Shown: positions 48,720 through 56,908 of the stretch, one piece after another
Layout of the letters: each line of letters starts with the position of its first letter
Position numbering within the stretch: position 1 is the stretch's first letter
NCBI GenBank assembly: GCA_943787705.1
Contig: CALSNL010000003.1
Location: 390,649 to 454,648, forward strand
Direction of reading: 5' to 3'
From: an uncultured Pseudomonadales bacterium
Lineage (GTDB): Bacteria > Pseudomonadota > Gammaproteobacteria > Pseudomonadales > UBA7434
Length of the DNA: 64,000 bases
Made by a program: the position numbers and the translations under genes
Notes under the pieces: generated by a model
Database searches by the model: none
Told to the model about the DNA's origin: nothing
The model's input: the letters and a program-made list of their open reading frames with translations, nothing else

Positions 48720-49001
48720 ATGAAATCAATGTCTAACAAAACACAATTAACCGTTGCTACATTATTGACTAGCTCAACGTTTAGCTTATCTGCTTTAGCC
48801 CATAATGGTGAGCATTCAACTACCCTGTCTAGCTTATCGTCTCTTGCTCAGCAAATCACACATTTGTTTGCCAACGCCGGTCATGTGGGCACTATTGCTT
48901 TATTAGCAGCGTGCGGCTTAGCGTTAACGGTAGTGGCTAAAAAAATTGTTTCCAAAAAAACCGAAACAACCTATCTAAAACCTATTCGTTGCGAACGATA
49001 A
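48720..49001 (+). CDS. Small hypothetical exported/membrane protein (signal peptide, HNGEH motif, C-terminal TM)
   Basis: ATG at 48720 preceded by GAGGTG. The 93-aa product is MKSMSNKTQLTVATLLTSSTFSLSALA-HNGEHS...TIALLAACGLALTVVA. Its stop lies 7 nt before ureD. Confidence 0.5.
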   Translation: MKSMSNKTQLTVATLLTSSTFSLSALAHNGEHSTTLSSLSSLAQQITHLFANAGHVGTIALLAACGLALTVVAKKIVSKKTETTYLKPIRCER

Positions 49002-49008
49002 ATTAGCA

Positions 49009-49911
49009 ATGTTAGATTCGCTAACGACATCAGTAGCGCCAATAACAGCCGATACTTGGCCAGCTGATATTACGCTACGACTGTCGCATTCAAAACATGG
49101 CACAAGGTTAAGTCGTTGCGAACACCGCGGACCGTTGTATGTGCAAAAGCCTTTTTATCCTGAAGGGCCAGACCATGCACATCTTTATTTATTGCATCCT
49201 CCTGCAGGCATTGTTTCTGGCGATACACTCACAATAAAGGTCGATGTTGAGCCTAATGCCGCGGCTCTAATAACCACACCCGGCGCAACTATTGTTTATA
49301 GAGCGCGCGAAGACAACCCTATTCAACGTCAAGTCATTGATATAAACGTGCAAAGCAATGCAACGCTTGAGTGGTTTCCGTTAGAAACCATAGTGCATAA
49401 CCACGCATGCTTTGAAGCCACCACCATTATTAATATGGAAGCTAACAGCCATTTTTGCGGCTGGGAAATCACTAGTCTTGGTTTGCCCGCTAAAGAACAG
49501 CTATTCACCGATGGTCGTTTTCGTCAGCGTTATGAAATCAAGATTGATGGCACTACACAATTTATTGATCAAATAAATATTAATGATAGCAATCGAAAAG
49601 CCTTACTTAACAGTAAAGCCGGCATGCAAAATTATATGATCAATGGTTTTTGCGTTTTTGGTCCCGTTGATAATCAACAACAAGCAGAAAGCCGACACAG
49701 TGATACACAGCTTGAGCGCTTAAGAGCAGAACAACTCGATTGCACACGTGATTGCCAAGTCAGCATTACTCGACTGGGTGATTTTTATGTAGGCCGATAC
49801 CTTGGCACCAGTGCCGAACAAGCCAGAAGACACTTTACCCAATGGTGGTCAATCATCCGACAAGAAATGCTAGACAAAGAGGCGTACTCGCCCAATGTTT
49901 GGTTCACATAA
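49009..49911 (+). CDS. ureD: Urease accessory protein UreD
   Basis: 300-aa ORF at the first position of a ureDABCEFG cluster. UreD/UreH-like (LHPPAGIVSGD). Confidence 0.85.
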   Translation: MLDSLTTSVAPITADTWPADITLRLSHSKHGTRLSRCEHRGPLYVQKPFYPEGPDHAHLYLLHPPAGIVSGDTLTIKVDVEPNAAALITTPGATIVYRAREDNPIQRQVIDINVQSNATLEWFPLETIVHNHACFEATTIINMEANSHFCGWEITSLGLPAKEQLFTDGRFRQRYEIKIDGTTQFIDQININDSNRKALLNSKAGMQNYMINGFCVFGPVDNQQQAESRHSDTQLERLRAEQLDCTRDCQVSITRLGDFYVGRYLGTSAEQARRHFTQWWSIIRQEMLDKEAYSPNVWFT

Positions 49912-49920
49912 GTTAAACCT

Positions 49921-50008
49921 GATTGATTAAATCATTATTTATTGACCACTAGTTATTGAAGCTCTATTTATTGAACCACCATTTTTTAAACCATTATTTT
50001 AGCCATTA
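49921..50008. repeat. Degenerate ~16-bp tandem repeats x5 (TTATTTATTGAMCCAC-like) between ureD and ureA
   Basis: Read directly. The best copies are at 49933-49949 and 49965-49980. Confidence 0.6.
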
Positions 50009-50020
50009 GAGTATATATCG

Positions 50021-50323
50021 ATGGAATTACTACCAAGAGAAAAAGACAAGTTATTGGTTTTTACTGCCGCACTGTTAGCAGAGCGTCGTCTCAAACGCGG
50101 TGTAAAACTCAATTATCCCGAAGCCATGGCGTATTTAACCCTTGAAATTATGGAAGGCGCTCGTGATGGAAAAAGTGTTTCAGAATTAATGAGTGAAGGA
50201 AAAAACATTCTTAACATTGATCAAGTTATGGATGGTGTCGCCGAGCTTATTCCTGAAGTACAAGTTGAAGCCACATTCAAAGACGGCACAAAGCTGGTCA
50301 CGGTCCACAACCCTATTATTTAG
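50021..50323 (+). CDS. ureA: Urease subunit gamma
   Basis: 100-aa [38 protein letters not shown]. Confidence 0.95.
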   Translation: MELLPREKDKLLVFTAALLAERRLKRGVKLNYPEAMAYLTLEIMEGARDGKSVSELMSEGKNILNIDQVMDGVAELIPEVQVEATFKDGTKLVTVHNPII

Positions 50324-50423
50324 ATCAGATAGATAAACGCTATCTACACAAAAGAAACAGCTGATATACAACAGCAAACGTAAAGTCGACAAACATAAAT
50401 AGACAAGCATAAAAGGTTAAGCC

Positions 50424-50741
50424 ATGAAGCCCGGTGAGATGTTTACAGAAAATGATGATATTGAAATTAATGTCGGTCGTAAGACTATTGAGCTATGTGT
50501 TGAAAATCATGGTGACCGCCCTATTCAGGTGGGTTCGCATTATCATTTTTATGAAGTTAACCCTGCCCTCAAATACGACAGAGAAAAAGCCCGCGGTTTT
50601 CGTTTAAATATTGCCTCAGGCACAGCCGTAAGGTTTGAACCCGGCCAAGATAGAACGGTAAAGCTGGTTGAGTTTGCCGGTACTCGCACTGTATACGGCT
50701 TTCGAGGCGACATTATGGGAGCGTTAGATACCCATGAATAA
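50424..50741 (+). CDS. ureB: Urease subunit beta
   Basis: 105-aa ORF. MKPGEM...[19 protein letters not shown]. Confidence 0.95.
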   Translation: MKPGEMFTENDDIEINVGRKTIELCVENHGDRPIQVGSHYHFYEVNPALKYDREKARGFRLNIASGTAVRFEPGQDRTVKLVEFAGTRTVYGFRGDIMGALDTHE

Positions 50742-50813
50742 ACGTGCTTTAAAAATCAGTGGCATTGCGACTAATCAGCTAATGGCCTCACTCATCCAAC
50801 AAGGTAATCAATA

Positions 50814-52517
50814 ATGACTAAGATGAATCGTCATGCCTATGCATCCATGTTTGGTCCAACCAAAGGTGATCGCATTCGCTTAGGTGACACTGCGCTAATT
50901 ATCGAAGTTGAAAAAGACTATACGACCTATGGCGAAGAAGTGAAATTTGGTGGCGGCAAAACCATTCGTGATGGTATGGGCCAAAGCCAACTAAGCTCCA
51001 GCCAAACGCCAGACACTGTTATTACCAACGCACTTATTCTTGACCACTGGGGTATTGTTAAAGCCGATATAGGCATAAAGAATGGTTTGATTTTCGGAAT
51101 AGGTAAAGCGGGCAATCCTGACATACAAGATAACGTTGATATTATTATTGGCCCAGGCACAGAAATTATTGCCGGCGAAGGAAAAATATTAACCGCAGGC
51201 TGCATTGACGCGCATATCCATTTTATTTGTCCGCAACAAATTGAAGAAGCCATGATGTCGGGTGTGACTACTATGATTGGTGGCGGCACTGGCCCAGCAA
51301 CAGGCACCAATGCTACTACCTGCACACCAGGGCCGTGGCATATTGGAAAAATGCTGCAAGCAACCGACAGCATGGCAATGAACTTTGGCTTTTTAGGCAA
51401 AGGCAACTCAAGCTTACCCATAGCGTTAGAAGAACAACTAGCAGCAGGCGCTTGTGGTTTAAAATTACATGAAGACTGGGGTACTACACCTGCGTCTATT
51501 GATAACTGCTTAACCGTGGCAGAAAAATACGATGTGCAAGTAGCCATTCACACCGACACATTAAATGAATCCGGTTTTGTCGATGACACTTTGGCTGCGT
51601 TTAAAGGCCGTACTATCCATACCTACCATACCGAAGGTGCGGGTGGTGGTCATGCGCCTGACATCATTCGAGCCTGTGCCGAAAAAAATGTATTACCTTC
51701 ATCAACAAACCCAACCCTACCGTACACCAACAATACGATAGATGAGCATCTCGACATGCTTATGGTTTGTCATCATTTGGATTCATCGATTCCTGAAGAT
51801 GTTGCTTTTGCCGATTCTAGAATTCGCAAAGAGACCATTGCTGCCGAAGATATATTGCATGATCTTGGTGCCTTCAGCATGATCGCATCCGACTCTCAAG
51901 CCATGGGCCGCGTGGGTGAAGTGATTACACGCACTTGGCAAACCGCGCATAAAATGAAACTGCAACGCGGTGCATTGCCCGAAGATAACGAACGTCATGA
52001 TAACTTTCGCGCCCGTCGCTATATTGCCAAGTACACCATTAATCCAGCTATCGCCCATGGTGTTGATCACGCCGTAGGATCTATCGCTGTAGGTAAAATG
52101 GCCGACTTAGTGCTTTGGAGCCCAGCCTTTTTTGCCGCAAAGCCCGCCATGATTATTAAAGGCGGCATGATTGCCGCAGCGCCAATGGGTGATCCTAACG
52201 CCTCCATCCCTACGCCCCAGCCCGTGCATTATCGAAAAATGTTTGGTGCCTATGGACAAGCGCCTGCACATACCTCAGTTACCTTTACCAGCAAGGCCGC
52301 TATTACTGCCGATATTGGTTCTCAACTGGGCATTAAACGCCGCTTAGTGGAATGCCGTAATACGCGCACCATAGGCAAAGAGGACATGATCAATAACAGT
52401 TGGATGCCGAACATTACTGTCAACTCACAAACTTATGAAGTACATGCCGATGGACAGCTGCTGACTTGTGAGCCATTAAGTGATCTGCCGTTGGCACAAC
52501 TGTATCAATTGTTTTAA
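50814..52517 (+). CDS. ureC: Urease subunit alpha
   Basis: 567-aa ORF. Active-site contexts [28 protein letters not shown] and MVCHHLD. Confidence 0.97.
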   Translation: MTKMNRHAYASMFGPTKGDRIRLGDTALIIEVEKDYTTYGEEVKFGGGKTIRDGMGQSQLSSSQTPDTVITNALILDHWGIVKADIGIKNGLIFGIGKAGNPDIQDNVDIIIGPGTEIIAGEGKILTAGCIDAHIHFICPQQIEEAMMSGVTTMIGGGTGPATGTNATTCTPGPWHIGKMLQATDSMAMNFGFLGKGNSSLPIALEEQLAAGACGLKLHEDWGTTPASIDNCLTVAEKYDVQVAIHTDTLNESGFVDDTLAAFKGRTIHTYHTEGAGGGHAPDIIRACAEKNVLPSSTNPTLPYTNNTIDEHLDMLMVCHHLDSSIPEDVAFADSRIRKETIAAEDILHDLGAFSMIASDSQAMGRVGEVITRTWQTAHKMKLQRGALPEDNERHDNFRARRYIAKYTINPAIAHGVDHAVGSIAVGKMADLVLWSPAFFAAKPAMIIKGGMIAAAPMGDPNASIPTPQPVHYRKMFGAYGQAPAHTSVTFTSKAAITADIGSQLGIKRRLVECRNTRTIGKEDMINNSWMPNITVNSQTYEVHADGQLLTCEPLSDLPLAQLYQLF

Positions 52518-52573
52518 GCGTCTGCGCTTTTAACTGCAGCTTAAAACAATTAACCATTTAGATAAGGGGCATT

Positions 52574-53071
52574 ATGTCTAACACAGAAAATAGAGTGAAC
52601 ACCGAAACGCTTATGGTTAACCAGTGGTTACCGAGTAATACCGAGCACCCAGCGAATGACGAAGTGTTTTTAGACCATGCGCAACGGGAAAAAAGACGTT
52701 TCCGTGCAGTGTCATCAAAAGGCAAAAACGTAGATGTATTTTTAGAGCGTGCCAATGTGCTGAGTATTGGTGATCAACTGCTTAGCGATTGCGGTCAGTA
52801 TTTATCGATTGTCGGCGCAGAAGAACCCGTTATTACTGCCTCAACCGATAACTGGCAATTATTTAGCCGCGCCTGCTATCACCTCGGTAATCGTCATGTG
52901 CGCTTACAAGTGGGCGAGCAATGGCTTCGCATAACACCCGATCATGTGCTTGAAGCGCTGCTTCATCGCCTAGGGCTAACTGTGACTAATGAAAACGCTA
53001 TCTTTAATCCAGAAGCTGGCGCCTATGATAAAGGCCAACAAGAACAAGGATCGCATGGGCATCATCACTGA
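52574..53071 (+). CDS. ureE: Urease accessory protein UreE (His-rich C-terminus)
   Basis: 165-aa ORF ending GSHGHHH. UreE core LGNRHVRLQV. Confidence 0.9.
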   Translation: MSNTENRVNTETLMVNQWLPSNTEHPANDEVFLDHAQREKRRFRAVSSKGKNVDVFLERANVLSIGDQLLSDCGQYLSIVGAEEPVITASTDNWQLFSRACYHLGNRHVRLQVGEQWLRITPDHVLEALLHRLGLTVTNENAIFNPEAGAYDKGQQEQGSHGHHH

Positions 53072-53822
53072 GATAGCACAGCCAAACCGCACAGCATTGC
53101 GAAGCACATCTTCAGCGCCATCAACACCAACAGCTAACGATGCGTCAATGCTGCGCTTATTACAACTTAGTAGCGCCACGTTACCAGTGGGCGGCTACGC
53201 ATTTTCGCATGGCTTAGAATGGGCCTTAGAAGCGGAATGGCTATCGACCAGCGACGATGTTATTGAATGGTTATCGGTTCAATTAACTGAGTCAGTCGCC
53301 ACCTTAGATTTACCCATACTCCATCGACAATGTTTAGCGTTAGAGCAGCAAGATATACCCGCACTTATTCAATGGAACGACACCGTGCTTGCCTGTCGAG
53401 AATCCTATGAACTGCGTTTAACCGATACAGCATTAGCTGACGCCATGATTCGCTTGCTTCATGGTTTATCCATAGAGAGTGATTTATTAAACACCTTAGA
53501 TAATCAATCTAAGAAACCACATAACATCAGTTACGTCACCACCTTTGCCATAGCCGCTACACACTGGCGCATATCACCCCATTATGCCGCCTTAGGTTAT
53601 GCCTGGGCATGGCTTGAAAACCAAGTAGCCGCAGCCACTAAACTCACCTTGTTTGGTCAACTCTCGGCACAGAAAGCGATAGATGCGTTAATGCCTGTCG
53701 TTGAGCAAGCGGTAAATCAATCCTTATTAATTAGTGATGATGACATTGGTACGTCATTACCCGGCCTTGCCATGGCAAGCAGCCACCATGAAACCCAATA
53801 TTCCCGATTATTTAGATCTTAG
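53055..53822 (+). CDS. ureF: Urease accessory protein UreF
   Basis: The ORF track starts at 52989, inside ureE. The ATG at 53055 or 53149 is more plausible. UreF motif LLRLLQLSSATLPVGGYAFSHGLE. Confidence 0.85.
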   Translation: MGIITEIAQPNRTALRSTSSAPSTPTANDASMLRLLQLSSATLPVGGYAFSHGLEWALEAEWLSTSDDVIEWLSVQLTESVATLDLPILHRQCLALEQQDIPALIQWNDTVLACRESYELRLTDTALADAMIRLLHGLSIESDLLNTLDNQSKKPHNISYVTTFAIAATHWRISPHYAALGYAWAWLENQVAAATKLTLFGQLSAQKAIDALMPVVEQAVNQSLLISDDDIGTSLPGLAMASSHHETQYSRLFRS

Positions 53823-53834
53823 AGGTTAAGTTAT

Positions 53835-54438
53835 ATGAGTAATTCAAGAGTGCTTCGCGTAGGTGTAGGCGGCCCCGTTGGTTCAGGTAAAACCGCCCTC
53901 CTTCGCGTGTTATGTTCAGCCATGCGAGAAAAATACAATATTGCCGTTGTTACTAACGATATTTATACGCAAGAAGATGCCGAGTTTTTAACAAAACATG
54001 AAGCCCTAGAGGCCGATCGTATTATTGGTGTAGAAACCGGAGGTTGTCCGCATACAGCGATACGTGAAGATGCCTCAATGAATTTAGCGGCAATTGATGA
54101 ATTGCAATTACGACATAAAAACTTGGATATTATTTTTGTCGAAAGCGGCGGTGATAATTTAAGTGCAACCTTTAGCCCTGAGTTATCGGACTTTACGATT
54201 TATGTGATTGACGTATCGGCCGGCGATAAAATACCGCGTAAAGGTGGACCGGGCATTACTAAATCTGATTTATTATTGATTAATAAAACAGATTTAGCGC
54301 CCATAGTAGGTGCCTCGCTTGAGGTCATGGATAGAGATGCGAAAGATAATGCGGAAGGATAAACCGTTTTTGTTTAGTAACTTAAAGATTGAACAAGGCG
54401 TTGAGGAGATAATTGGGTTTATTACTGCGGAGCTTTGA
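53835..54438 (+). pseudogene. ureG: Urease accessory GTPase UreG, C-terminus displaced by one +1 frameshift (or a sequencing error)
   Basis: P-loop [16 protein letters not shown] and NKTDLAP in 53835-54362. The conserved tail (I)[29 protein letters not shown] continues in the +1 frame to the TGA at 54436-54438. The span is 604 nt, which is 1 mod 3. The junction is at GCGAAAGATAATG, about 54335. Confidence 0.8.
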
Positions 54439-54487
54439 TGCGGACTAGATGTCTGGGTTAGAATTAAGCTAACAAGGTGACAATACG

Positions 54488-55099
54488 CTATTTAAACTGA
54501 CCCGCCTCAGCCCAACGCTCCTCAGTAACGATATTAATCGGTACTCCAGCAGCGCGATAATTCATGGCCTTTTCGATTTTGCGGCCATAGCTCTCGTGCA
54601 TCCAACTATCAGTAACATAGGTGCCAATCACTAAATAGTCCAAGGATTTCGAGACAGACATTGCAATAACACCGCCTAATGACTGCGTGGCTTCATGACA
54701 TTGTTGACGAGTACCAAAAGCACAAGTGCCAGTAAAAAGGAATCTTTTTCCTTTGAATATAATATTAGGTGGCGGGTTATTGATGGGCAAGGTTGACGAC
54801 TTTGCAAGCTCTCCAATAGCCGATGGATCACCGGAGATGGTTTGAAGTATGCTGAATAACTCATTAGACTCTTCTGCATCCAGCACACCATCAGCTAACA
54901 TTGAATCTACTTTTTCGAGTAAATTTCGTATCACGGGATTATCCGAAGCTAGCGCATTCTGAATTAACCACCCATACAAATATTCAGCCTCTTTAAGGTC
55001 GACCTCACCGTTTGCTAGTATCCCCTTACTAAGACCTATTAAGGTATCCACCTGCCTATCTTGAATATTTTTCCGATTAAATTTTGTAAAGATATCCAT
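54488..55099 (-). CDS. TerB-like N-terminal domain + C-terminal BRCT domain protein
   Basis: The ORF track gives 54488-55129 (GTG). The ATG at 55099 has GAGG 9 nt upstream. The C-terminus is collinear with the LigA BRCT domain (GKRFLFTGTCAFGTRQQCHEATQSLGGVIAMSVSKSLDYLVIG). The TerB call for the helical N-terminal half is tentative. Confidence 0.65.
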   Translation of the reverse strand: MDIFTKFNRKNIQDRQVDTLIGLSKGILANGEVDLKEAEYLYGWLIQNALASDNPVIRNLLEKVDSMLADGVLDAEESNELFSILQTISGDPSAIGELAKSSTLPINNPPPNIIFKGKRFLFTGTCAFGTRQQCHEATQSLGGVIAMSVSKSLDYLVIGTYVTDSWMHESYGRKIEKAMNYRAAGVPINIVTEERWAEAGQFK

Positions 55100-55237
55100 A
55101 TATCTATACCTCATTATTAAATATTTCACCCCATTATTGAGGCTGAATCAATAACTGTTTACTCAAGAATTTACAAGCAATAGAGTAAAACCCATCAATT
55201 AGGTTCCTTATATTTAAATTATATAAAATGATACTGA

Positions 55238-56056
55238 TCAATCAAAAAAATTGGATTGGATATTAAATGCTGTTTGCTGGCGTACTTCTTTAAGCACCCA
55301 TTCTGCATTTTCACGGCTAATTTTTTTCAATGATGACACAGGATAATCATACTCTTGCAGATGATTCCCCCTATTTTCTCTATGCCACTCACTAGGATAG
55401 GGCCGCGTTGCCGTATTCAACTGCACTTTATCGGGCTTAATTTTATTGAGCAATGTAATGTAATTATCTAAATCTGCCATGGTGGCATTACAAAACATAC
55501 TCTGCACTTCAAGCTCGCCATTAAATCTCTGTTTGAGATTATCGATACCATCAACCACACTCTGCAAAGTGCAGCCCTTAACTGGCCGATTAATACGATT
55601 AAAAACAGCCTCACTGCCTGCATCAAGCTTAACCGAGACTTTATCGAGCAAACACAACGCATCTATAACATCAGGGTTAAGCAAGGTTGTGCCATTGGTG
55701 AGAATGGACTGTGGAACTGACGTTAACGCCCTAAGGCTAATAATCGTTTCTTTTAAATTACTCGCCAGCGTTGGTTCACCATTTCCGGAATAGGTAATAA
55801 TATCGAAGGGGTTGCTCTGACTAATAGCTTTAAAATCTTGAATAACTTTTTTCGTGGAGACATAGACTTTTCGTTCATCCGTATGGTTTTGGATATTACC
55901 CAGCTGACAGTAAATACAGTTAAAGCTACAAATAGAATTTACAAATAATAAATCAATACCCAAGCTCAAGCCAAAGCGCCAAGATTTTACCGGCCCATAA
56001 ACAGAGCGCGAAATATTAAACTGCTGCTCTTTATTAACCGCTATTTTATTATCCAT
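55238..56056 (-). CDS. Radical SAM protein of unknown specificity
   Basis: 272-aa ORF. CxxxCxxC cluster CSFNCIYC preceded by YGPVKSWRFGLSLGIDL. SAM-binding GNGEPTL. Lies 41 nt downstream of nrdJb. Confidence 0.8.
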   Translation of the reverse strand: MDNKIAVNKEQQFNISRSVYGPVKSWRFGLSLGIDLLFVNSICSFNCIYCQLGNIQNHTDERKVYVSTKKVIQDFKAISQSNPFDIITYSGNGEPTLASNLKETIISLRALTSVPQSILTNGTTLLNPDVIDALCLLDKVSVKLDAGSEAVFNRINRPVKGCTLQSVVDGIDNLKQRFNGELEVQSMFCNATMADLDNYITLLNKIKPDKVQLNTATRPYPSEWHRENRGNHLQEYDYPVSSLKKISRENAEWVLKEVRQQTAFNIQSNFFD

Positions 56057-56097
56057 TTATGCAGTGTTGAGATATATCAATAGGCAAAACACTCTAC

Positions 56098-56856
56098 TCA
56101 ACTGCACTTTGACTCACCACAATTTAAACAGGTTAAGCATCCGTCCATTTGTATCATCGCTTTGGTCAAGCATTTCTGGCATAAAGTGGAACCATGTGGA
56201 AATGACTCACCTGAAGGTGTCTCATTCCGTTTGTTTTTTTGCTCATATTGCGCGCGCTTTTCTTCAATATGCTTTCGTTGATGCTCATCGAGTAAATCAT
56301 GCTCTAACAAGCCTATCATTTTCATATGGCTTTCTATGGCATCACCAATTTCAGCGACAATTGAAGGCATATAACGACCGCCACTTTTGAAATACCCCCC
56401 CTGCGGATTAAATACACCTCGCAGCTCATCCACCAAAAAAGTAACATCACCGCCCTTACGAAACACCGCCGATATGATCAACGTTAGCGCCGCTATCCAT
56501 TGATAGTGCTCCATATTTTTTGAATTAATAAATATCTCAAAGGGGCGACGTAGCTCATGTTCTGTATCCGGATTTAATACCACATCATTAATCGTCACAT
56601 AAAGCGCATGATCTGACATCGGCGTTTTAATTTTATAAGTAGAACCCAAGAGCATTTCTGGGCGCTGCAGTTTTTCATGCATTTGTACAATCGTTGCGCC
56701 CTCTTCCTTTTTTTCTTCAAGCGACTCTTTTTTATCTTCAACCGACTCCTTTTTATCTTCAACCGACTCCTTTCTTTCAACGGCAGCTTTCTCTTGCGGC
56801 TGACTAATATCAACCACTTCATAGCCTACAATTTTTTTGTCTATTTTAAGTGTCAT
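56098..56856 (-). CDS. nrdJb: Class II (adenosylcobalamin-dependent) ribonucleotide reductase, small C-terminal polypeptide of a split NrdJ
   Basis: 252-aa ORF with an RNR C-terminal barrel segment (RRPFEIFINSK...GGDVTFLVDELRGVFNP). C-terminal Cys cluster CQKC...CLTCLNCGESKC. Confidence 0.8.
   Translation of the reverse strand: MTLKIDKKIVGYEVVDISQPQEKAAVERKESVEDKKESVEDKKESLEEKKEEGATIVQMHEKLQRPEMLLGSTYKIKTPMSDHALYVTINDVVLNPDTEHELRRPFEIFINSKNMEHYQWIAALTLIISAVFRKGGDVTFLVDELRGVFNPQGGYFKSGGRYMPSIVAEIGDAIESHMKMIGLLEHDLLDEHQRKHIEEKRAQYEQKNKRNETPSGESFPHGSTLCQKCLTKAMIQMDGCLTCLNCGESKCS
56715..56777. repeat. 21-bp in-frame tandem repeat x3 inside nrdJb (encodes KESVEDK KESVEDK KESLEEK)
   Basis: Plus-strand units CTTCAAGCGACTCTTTTTTAT, CTTCAACCGACTCCTTTTTAT and CTTCAACCGACTCCTTTCTTT. 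Confidence 0.85.
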
Positions 56857-56908
56857 GACATTATTCCATATTTAACTGATATTTAAACGGCACTGATAAT
56901 TAGATAAT

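Noticed and set aside
50927-51547. 206-aa antisense ORF inside ureC, and similar long antisense ORFs (7964-8338 in scpB, 20745-21134 in the MFS gene, 16491-16844 in the ydeP-like gene, 33181-33483 in the adaptor gene)
   Set aside because: Each lies fully within a confidently identified gene on the opposite strand and has a low-complexity, A/P/S-rich or otherwise atypical composition. These are typical shadow ORFs.
52989-53054. ureF start at 52989, overlapping 83 nt of ureE
   Set aside because: The overlap is read through the His-rich tail of ureE in another frame. Conserved UreF sequence begins only around 53149. An ATG at 53055 or 53149 is more plausible.
55137-55151. FNR/Anr-like box (TTGAG-GCTGA-ATCAA) between the radical SAM gene and the BRCT gene
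   Set aside because: The half-sites are separated by 5 nt rather than 4 and one half-site is imperfect. This is too weak to call without a matrix score.
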